DNA from: an uncultured Clostridia bacterium
GTDB lineage: Bacteria > Bacillota > Clostridia > Christensenellales > UBA1242
Reading direction: 5' to 3'
Length of the DNA stretch: 64,000 nucleotides
NCBI GenBank assembly: GCA_947630405.1
Contig: CANRHL010000001.1
Span: forward strand, 20,822 to 84,821
Shown here piece by piece: positions 1 through 5,397 of the stretch (within the stretch, counting starts at the first letter, position 1; every line of letters begins with the position of its first letter). The notes under the pieces are model-generated. The model was given only the letters and a program-made list of their open reading frames with translations. It did not search any database and was not told where the DNA came from. Position numbers and translations under genes: made by a program.

Positions 1-1
1 G

Positions 2-10
2 TGCTATAAT
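2..10 (+). promoter_or_regulatory. extended -10 element (TGcTATAAT) likely driving the trpS leader
   Basis: tgctataat at 2-10; the -35 would lie outside the window. Confidence 0.4.
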
Positions 11-38
11 AGTTATAACTTAAATAAAAGGAGTATAT

Positions 39-71
39 ATGTTTAATTCATTTATTTGGTGGCGCTGGTAA
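39..71 (+). CDS. 10-aa Trp-rich leader peptide MFNSFIWWRW (candidate trpS attenuation peptide)
   Basis: AAGGAG at 28-33, ATG at 39, TGG codons at 57-59, 60-62 and 66-68, TAA at 69-71. Too short for the ORF track; read directly from the sequence. Confidence 0.6.
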   Translation: MFNSFIWWRW

Positions 72-91
72 TTTTACACTTGCAAAATCGT

Positions 92-125
92 GTGTTTTGT
101 GAGTGTTTTTACGCATCACAAAACA
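92..125 (+). promoter_or_regulatory. leader hairpin whose 3' arm can alternatively pair into the downstream terminator
   Basis: tgttttgtga (93-102) pairs with tcacaaaaca (116-125). acaaaaca (118-125) is also complementary to tgttttgt (174-181) inside the terminator. Confidence 0.5.
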
Positions 126-163
126 TATAAATGGATTTAAATATTTTCAAAATAAATCTTAAG

Positions 164-208
164 CCCGTTGGTATGTTTTGTAGAAAACTTAATCAACGGG
201 TATTTTTT
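164..208 (+). terminator. intrinsic terminator (attenuator) just upstream of the trpS RBS
   Basis: cccgttg (164-170) pairs with caacggg (194-200), with an inner gtttt/aaaac stem, followed by tatttttt. Confidence 0.7.
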
Positions 209-227
209 ATCAAAAAGGAGATTTATT

Positions 228-1217
228 ATGAAAAAAGTTATACTTACTGGTGTTAGACCAAGCGGAAATCTAACACTTGGAAATTATTTGGGTGCAATTA
301 AAAACTTTGTGGACAGGCAAGAGCAATACGATAGTTATATATTTATTGCCGATTTGCACGCAATAACAAGCCCGAAAGACCCACAAAAATTAAAAGAAGC
401 AGTGTATAACTGCGTTGCTATGTATCTTGCGTGTGGTGTTGATCCAAAGAAAACGATTGTTTTTAAGCAAAGCGATGTGCTTGAACATGGAACACTTGGC
501 TTTATTATGACCTTTCAAACAAAAATGGGAGAACTCAGCCGCATGACACAATTCAAGCTGAAATCTCAACAACAAACAAAAGAAGGCGTTGACACAGGAT
601 TATTTGTCTATCCTACTCTTATGGTTGCGGACATACTGCTTTACAACACAAGCATTGTGCCTGTCGGAAAAGACCAACAGCAGCATGTTGAACTTACACG
701 AGATTTGGCAGAAAGATTTAATAAAAGATATGGGCAAACTTTCACTATGCCAGATGTTTATGTTGCGCCTGTGGGCAACAAAATTTTGAATTTGCAAAAT
801 CCACTTGAAAAGATGAACAAATCGGACAGTGGCGATAACAAAGGCACAATATTCTTAATGGACGACATTGAAGTTGCCAAAAAGAAAATTATGTCGGCAA
901 AGACAGACAACCTTGCTCATGTCCATTTTGACGAGGAAAATCAGCCCGGAATTTCAAATTTAATGAGCATTTTGTCAAAAATAACTGACGAGGACTTTGA
1001 AAGCATTGAAAAACGATACGAAGGCAAAGGCTATGGCGAATTTAAGAAAGAGGTTGCCGAAGTGGTTGCAAAGACTTTGGCAGAAATTCAAGCCAAATTC
1101 AAACAATTCAACAACAAAGATATGCTTGACAAAATCCTTTCAAATGGTGCAATAGACGCACAAAAAGTGGCAAGCCAAACATTAAAACGTGCCGCCAACG
1201 CATTAGGATTAAACTAA
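228..1217 (+). CDS. trpS: tryptophan--tRNA ligase
   Basis: MKKVILTGVRPSGNLTLGNYLG (HIGH-like region) and KMNKSDS (KMSKS-like). AAGGAG lies 7 nt upstream of the ATG at 228; the ORF-track start at 168 has no RBS. Confidence 0.95.
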   Translation: MKKVILTGVRPSGNLTLGNYLGAIKNFVDRQEQYDSYIFIADLHAITSPKDPQKLKEAVYNCVAMYLACGVDPKKTIVFKQSDVLEHGTLGFIMTFQTKMGELSRMTQFKLKSQQQTKEGVDTGLFVYPTLMVADILLYNTSIVPVGKDQQQHVELTRDLAERFNKRYGQTFTMPDVYVAPVGNKILNLQNPLEKMNKSDSGDNKGTIFLMDDIEVAKKKIMSAKTDNLAHVHFDEENQPGISNLMSILSKITDEDFESIEKRYEGKGYGEFKKEVAEVVAKTLAEIQAKFKQFNNKDMLDKILSNGAIDAQKVASQTLKRAANALGLN

Positions 1218-1240
1218 AATGGAGAGCAGTTGCTCTCTTC

Positions 1241-1314
1241 GGGCGAATAGTTTAATGGTAGAACAATAGTCTCCAAAACTATTGGCGTCAGTTCGATTCT
1301 GGCTTCGCCTGCCA
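1241..1314 (+). tRNA. tRNA-Trp (anticodon CCA)
   Basis: Cloverleaf: acceptor gggcgaa/ttcgcct, anticodon stem atagt/actat with loop ctCCAaa, T-arm gtcagttcgattctggc, encoded CCA end. Confidence 0.95.
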
Positions 1315-1333
1315 ATTTTTTTGCAAAAAAGTA

Positions 1334-1361
1334 TTGACTTTAAAAAAAAATATGCTAAAAT
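1334..1361 (+). promoter_or_regulatory. sigma-70 type promoter of the ThrRS-like leader
   Basis: TTGACT (1334-1339), 16-nt spacer ending in TGc, TAAAAT (1356-1361). Confidence 0.6.
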
Positions 1362-1383
1362 GTAAGTGTTAAGGAGCAAAACT

Positions 1384-1440
1384 ATGAAAAACGCATTGGT
1401 TTTACAACTTAATATAACCACCACCACCGTATCAAAATAG
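1384..1440 (+). CDS. 18-aa leader peptide MKNALVLQLNITTTTVSK with four consecutive ACC (Thr) codons
   Basis: AAGGAG at 1371-1376, ATG at 1384, ACC x4 at 1417-1428, TAG at 1438-1440. Below the ORF-track size cutoff. Confidence 0.6.
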   Translation: MKNALVLQLNITTTTVSK

Positions 1441-1480
1441 ATATGGTGTTTTGTGTGTGCAAAAAATAAAATAATATAAG

Positions 1481-1511
1481 GCAGCAACAAAACACAAAGT
1501 TGCTGCTTTTT
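1481..1511 (+). terminator. intrinsic terminator 1 of the ThrRS-like leader
   Basis: gcagcaac (1481-1488) pairs with gttgctgc (1499-1506), followed by ttttt. Confidence 0.65.
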
Positions 1512-1527
1512 AAATATTTAGACATTG

Positions 1528-1557
1528 GGCAGCAACTATAAAGGTTGCTGCCTTTTT
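1528..1557 (+). terminator. intrinsic terminator 2 of the ThrRS-like leader (same stem sequence as terminator 1)
   Basis: ggcagcaac (1528-1536) pairs with gttgctgcc (1544-1552), followed by ttttt. Confidence 0.7.
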
Positions 1558-1675
1558 GTTTAGGAGGGATTATGATTAAATTTGTAAAACTTAAAATTAT
1601 CACCCGAAAGGGTTATACTAAAAAATAAAACTAAAAAAAAACAAAAAATAAAAACAAAATAAAAAGGAGATTATT

Positions 1676-3124
1676 ATGGAAAACAAATTATTAAATAGAG
1701 AAGATATAGTTAAAGATATAAAAAAGGACTATTTCTTACTTTTGCCAAATGGCGAAGAAATTGCGTTAGATTTATCTAACAAAGAAGAAGTTTTAAATAA
1801 ACTAAATAAATATGGGTATGAAGAACTTATAGATTATGTAAAAGCGGAAGAATTGCCTGCCGAAGTTAAACCTGAAGCACCTTCCATTAAAGAGATGAAA
1901 AGGTTGGAACTTGCCGACAATGAAAGTGCAAGTGATAGCGGCAATCATAGAATGTACCCTAATGGGCAACTTATGTTCAGTTTAATTAAAGATTGGCAAG
2001 AACGCATTGCTAAATATGATTTAGGTGCAATGGAAATTGGCTCGCCACTTTTCTACAACAAAGCAGATGAGCAAATTTTAGCACAATGTGGCTCTTTTCA
2101 CGAAAGGCATTATTCGGTAAAAGTGCCAGATGACCCCAACAAAGAATTTATTTTGCGTTTTGCTGCCGACTTTGGCTTGTTTAAAATGGTGCAGCAAGCA
2201 AAATTTAGTTATAAGCAACTGCCATTAAGATTTTTTGAATATAGCGAAAATTTTAGATATGAAAAATCTGGCGAACTCTCTGGCTTAAAACGAGATAGAT
2301 TTTTCCATATGGCGGACATACACTGCTTTTGCAAAGATGAAGAACAAGCAATAGTGGAATATAAGGACATATTTAAAAAATATGAAAATTTAAACTCCGG
2401 TATGGGCATTAAATATGCAAATGTTTTGCGAATTGTTGATGTATTTTACAATAAATATAAACAAGACATTTTGGAATTAGTTAAGTACGCCAACCGCCCA
2501 TTGTTCATTGAAAGAATGGATAAAATGAAACATTATTGGGCAATGAAATCTGAGTGGCAATCAATAGATAGTGTACACGGCAACCAACAACTCTCTACTG
2601 TCCAATTTGATGTGAAAGAGGGCAAAGTTTATAACATTGTTTATGCTGACGAGAACGATGAAAAGAAAAATTGTGTAATTGTTCACTCGTCTGTTGGTGC
2701 GGTGGAAAGGTGTATGTATGCAATATTGGAAGAAGCACTTAAACTAGAACGCCCTGTACTTCCGCTATGGCTTTCACCCGTACAATTAAGAATTTTGCCC
2801 GTAAGCAACGAAGCGCACTTGAATTTTTGCGAACAACTAGATTTTGAAGGCATAAGGTTTGACATAGATGATAGAAACGAAAAACTAGGCAAAAAACTTG
2901 TCCGCGCAAGACAAGAGTGGATACCTTATGTTGTGGTTGTTGGGGATAATGAACTAAATGGTGCTAAATTTAAGGTTAATGATAGATTAAACAACCAAGT
3001 TTTAGAGATGAGCAAGGAAGAACTAGAAAACTTTATCTGCGAGCAAATTAAGAAATATCCATATAGGCCATTAGCATTGTCTAAATATTTAAGTAAACGC
3101 CCTTCATTCTATGGTGCGCTATAA
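1676..3124 (+). CDS. class IIa aminoacyl-tRNA synthetase, ThrRS-like catalytic core plus anticodon-binding domain, without the long N-terminal TGS/editing region
   Basis: Motif 2-like FRYEKSGELSGLKRDRFFHMADIHCFC; motif 3-like GAVERCMYAILEEA. C-terminal LPLWLSPVQLRILPV...DDRNEKLGKKLVRARQEWIPYVVVVGDNE resembles the ThrRS anticodon-binding domain. Only 482 aa. Confidence 0.75.
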   Translation: MENKLLNREDIVKDIKKDYFLLLPNGEEIALDLSNKEEVLNKLNKYGYEELIDYVKAEELPAEVKPEAPSIKEMKRLELADNESASDSGNHRMYPNGQLMFSLIKDWQERIAKYDLGAMEIGSPLFYNKADEQILAQCGSFHERHYSVKVPDDPNKEFILRFAADFGLFKMVQQAKFSYKQLPLRFFEYSENFRYEKSGELSGLKRDRFFHMADIHCFCKDEEQAIVEYKDIFKKYENLNSGMGIKYANVLRIVDVFYNKYKQDILELVKYANRPLFIERMDKMKHYWAMKSEWQSIDSVHGNQQLSTVQFDVKEGKVYNIVYADENDEKKNCVIVHSSVGAVERCMYAILEEALKLERPVLPLWLSPVQLRILPVSNEAHLNFCEQLDFEGIRFDIDDRNEKLGKKLVRARQEWIPYVVVVGDNELNGAKFKVNDRLNNQVLEMSKEELENFICEQIKKYPYRPLALSKYLSKRPSFYGAL

Positions 3125-3190
3125 AAAACCCTTTTCTACCCTATTTTTTACGAAAATTGCCAAAAATTAGAAAAATGTTCGATAAATCAC

Positions 3191-3219
3191 TTGACTTTTT
3201 CGAACAAATGTTCGATAAT
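3191..3219 (+). promoter_or_regulatory. promoter of the Com-like gene
   Basis: TTGACT (3191-3196), 17-nt spacer, GATAAT (3214-3219). Confidence 0.6.
3201..3214. promoter_or_regulatory. LexA (Cheo/SOS) box CGAACAAATGTTCG inside the promoter spacer
   Basis: Perfect CGAAC-N4-GTTCG palindrome. aaatgttcgataa is repeated at 3173-3185 and 3206-3218. Confidence 0.7.
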
Positions 3220-3318
3220 ATGAGTGATGATAGATATAAATATTCTTTAAGTTAGCCCCAGATAATGTAAAAGAAAAGAAAGTATTAAATGTCATCAAAC
3301 GCAAAAAGGAGGCGAAAA

Positions 3319-3516
3319 ATGCGTAAAGAATTTCGTTGCCCTTATTGTAATAAATTGGTGGGCATAACAAAAGAAGACGGAAAATCTATTGTAAAAGTGC
3401 TGCGGCGCGCACCAAGGAACAAATCTAACAATGAAACTATTTTCGAGAACAAATGTCCAAAGTGCAATAACCTAGTATATTTGCAATTTAGATTTTTACA
3501 AAACACAGGAACTTAA
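3319..3516 (+). CDS. small zinc-ribbon protein, Mu Com-like (RCPYCNKL ... KCPKCN)
   Basis: AAGGAGG RBS then ATG at 3319. Two CxxC pairs with the RCxxCNKL / KCPKC pattern I associate with Com-family proteins. Confidence 0.6.
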   Translation: MRKEFRCPYCNKLVGITKEDGKSIVKVLRRAPRNKSNNETIFENKCPKCNNLVYLQFRFLQNTGT

Positions 3517-3555
3517 AAAAGTTCATTTAGTTTAGGGGTCAAAGAATCCCATAGA

Positions 3556-3633
3556 GGCCATAATTAGAGCCCAACTGCTGTCATAGAACGGCAAATTAAA
3601 ACTTGTTTGGGAATTATGGTCTTTTTCTTTTTT
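3556..3633 (+). terminator. long-stem intrinsic terminator downstream of the Com-like gene
   Basis: ggccataatt (3556-3565) pairs with aattatggtc (3612-3621), with inner cccaa/ttggg, followed by tttttctttttt. Confidence 0.65.
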
Positions 3634-3810
3634 ATAAGACATAATTTGGCAAGATAAGTGGAATTTCTTAACTACAACACCTAGTAAAGGTGTTGTAAAA
3701 TTTTGGTGTAAGTTGTGGTAATTTACTCTCATTGAAAGAAAAAGGGGGAATTGCTATTAGACACCAACAAGAAATCATTATCTACCAATACTTTAATCTA
3801 TTTGAAAAGA

Positions 3811-3857
3811 CCTAATTTCAAATGGGGTTTACCCCGCCTTTTGAGATTAGGTTTTTT
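3811..3857 (+). terminator. strong intrinsic terminator within the ICE leader region
   Basis: 12-bp stem cctaatttcaaa / tttgagattagg enclosing gggg-ttta-cccc, followed by tttttt. Confidence 0.7.
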
Positions 3858-3895
3858 AATTGCCATATCCTAAAAAGTTTTTAAAAAAATTTTTT

Positions 3896-3920
3896 AATTG
3901 TAACAGGCATTGTTACAATT
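3896..3920. promoter_or_regulatory. perfect 10-bp inverted repeat (candidate operator) overlapping an extended -10
   Basis: aattgtaaca-ggcat-tgttacaatt. The right arm contains TGtTACAAT, upstream of the HTH gene. Confidence 0.5.
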
Positions 3921-3967
3921 AGCCCACTAAAATGTGGACTAGAAACTGATAAAAGGAGGTGATTGTA

Positions 3968-4306
3968 GTGCGAAGCAGATTTATACAAGACGCTATTCTT
4001 TCAATTCTGCAAGATGGCAAATTGCATAAAATGAAAGATTTGTGCGATGAACTTAATATCTGTCGAATGACGTGCGTAAGGCATATCAACGATTTGTCTT
4101 TGTACTACAATATCCAAACTTTTGTCGGTGGCAGCAAAGCAGGTGTAAGGTTGCTAGATAAGAAAATAGATATTACATATTTACAAGACAATGATCTGCA
4201 ACTCATTGTCGAGCAACTTGGGCGGTTGCAGAGCCCAAATCCAAATATCTCTAAATTTATTAGAAACCTTAACCGCTTTCTAAAAGGAGAGAAAAATGGA
4301 TTATGA
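3968..4306 (+). CDS. winged-helix/HTH DNA-binding regulator
   Basis: HKMKDLCDELNICRMTCVRHINDL HTH-like segment. GTG at 3968 sits 8 nt after AGGAGG; the track start at 3959 overlaps the RBS. Confidence 0.6.
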   Translation: MRSRFIQDAILSILQDGKLHKMKDLCDELNICRMTCVRHINDLSLYYNIQTFVGGSKAGVRLLDKKIDITYLQDNDLQLIVEQLGRLQSPNPNISKFIRNLNRFLKGEKNGL

Positions 4307-4805
4307 GAATTTAAACAATGAAACTCTAAACGATGATGACGAAATTGTGCTTATTGACTATTACGATAGAATACATCAGCAAATGATACACGGATTGCCC
4401 GTTACGAAAAAAGTTGCCAGATTTATGGAAAACAATAAAAAGAAAACTAGAAGAAAACAAAACGATTATGACTACTACACTAGGCCGCTAGAAAAATTTG
4501 ATGAAGAAGACCCAGACAAAATGCAATACTTTATTGATGAAAATTCGGACATTGAAAAGAATTTAGAATTGGCGGAACGAGAAAAATTGGAAGAATTGGA
4601 TAAAGAACACAAAACAACCATAATTGAAAACGCAATGATTGCCCTAACCCCAGAGCAGCAAGAAGTTGTGATTATGGCATACTACAAAAAAATGAGTTAT
4701 AGCGAAATTGCAAAAGAGTTGGGCATTAAAAAACCCTCCGTTTATGAACGAATGCACAACGCGGTGAAAAACATACGAAAATTTGTCGAAAATGGTCAAA
4801 ATTAA
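4296..4805 (+). CDS. sigma-70 region-4 type regulator (sigma-like HTH)
   Basis: C-terminal LTPEQQEVVIMAYYKKMSYSEIAKELGIKKPSVYERMHNAVKNIRKF. Confidence 0.7.
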   Translation: MDYENLNNETLNDDDEIVLIDYYDRIHQQMIHGLPVTKKVARFMENNKKKTRRKQNDYDYYTRPLEKFDEEDPDKMQYFIDENSDIEKNLELAEREKLEELDKEHKTTIIENAMIALTPEQQEVVIMAYYKKMSYSEIAKELGIKKPSVYERMHNAVKNIRKFVENGQN

Positions 4806-4956
4806 AAAATTTTCAACTTTTTTTCAAAAATTTTCTTAAAAATACCCTAACGATTTGCAATTTTATGTCCTCATAGATATAGAGGGGTCAAACAATTTTT
4901 GAAATTCTGGTTGGTGCGCACAACCAAAACTTTCAATAAAAATTTAAGGAGAAATA

Positions 4957-5397
4957 ATGAAAGAACATTACACAGTTAGAATTTATGACAAGCAACTGTC
5001 GGACAAAGTTGAAGGCCTATATAATAAATGTAAAGATTTATATTCTAGTCAAAATCCATTTTTAGTGGATTGCATTAGCAGGGGTGCGGAACTTATAGAA
5101 CACGATTTAGTTGGCGAGAATAAGAAAAACACAATTGCTTCCTTATATGATGAAATTCATTTAACTGTTAGGAAATTGGACAATCTTTTAAAACTTTGTG
5201 AAAAGAGTGCAAAAGAAACGATTGCCAACTTGTCAATCAATCAAAAACTTTTGTCTTGCAATTACAATATGCTTTTAGGATTGTCGGAAAACAACCCAAA
5301 ACCTAAAAACTTTATTGAAAATGGTATGTTTGATGATTTGCCAGAAAGATTAGGCGAATTATTGGAAGATATACTTAAACAAATTTTAGGGAAATGA
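4957..5397 (+). CDS. hypothetical protein, possible relaxosome accessory factor (by position only)
   Basis: Good RBS; its stop overlaps the relaxase start (ATGA at 5394-5397). Confidence 0.5.
   Translation: MKEHYTVRIYDKQLSDKVEGLYNKCKDLYSSQNPFLVDCISRGAELIEHDLVGENKKNTIASLYDEIHLTVRKLDNLLKLCEKSAKETIANLSINQKLLSCNYNMLLGLSENNPKPKNFIENGMFDDLPERLGELLEDILKQILGK

Noticed and set aside
1-227. A T-box riboswitch upstream of trpS (the default expectation for a Firmicutes aaRS gene).
   Set aside because: No T-box consensus (AAnnnGGGTGGnACCnCG), specifier-loop or AG-bulge features could be found by eye. A Trp-rich mini-ORF with an RBS is present instead. This still needs a covariance-model scan, because the window starts only 227 nt before trpS.
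168-227. N-terminal extensions in the ORF track. Affected ORFs: trpS from 168, adhesin from 8704, VirB4 from 15458, dnaN from 41174, ABC ATPase to 45839, ligD to 52883, collagen-like from 56342, HAD from 57828, mscS from 33262.
   Set aside because: Each extension lacks an RBS and overlaps a promoter, terminator, repeat or upstream gene. An internal ATG with a canonical AAGGAG-type RBS or a coupled ATGA overlap fits better.
1321-1330. The shared 10-mer ttgcaaaaaa at 1321-1330 and 32078-32087, considered as a possible att repeat that would make the ThrRS-like gene ICE cargo.
   Set aside because: It is low-complexity A/T-rich sequence, a 10-nt match is plausible by chance, the flanks do not extend the match, and the right-hand copy is better read as a -35 hexamer.
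1572-1628. A second mini-ORF MIKFVKLKIITRKGYTKK after the twin terminators (AGGAGGG, then ATG at 1572).
   Set aside because: The SD-ATG spacing is very short, there is no codon bias toward one amino acid, and it is followed only by an A-rich tract. I cannot distinguish a real uORF from chance in AT-rich sequence.
3521-3550. gttca...aggggtcaaagaatccc at the ICE left side, considered as the missing 3' part of the broken tRNA-Arg (a counterpart of aggggaaatatcaaacccc at 32426-32444).
   Set aside because: The reconstructed attB would give a 5-nt T-loop, and the acceptor strand (gcgttca) is not present contiguously. The similarity is limited to short G/C runs.
4908-4926. The hairpin tggttg-gtgcgca-caacca upstream of the relaxase operon, considered as oriT.
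   Set aside because: It has only a 6-bp stem and no recognisable nic-site consensus for this relaxase family. I kept it as a low-priority candidate alongside 13159-13297.
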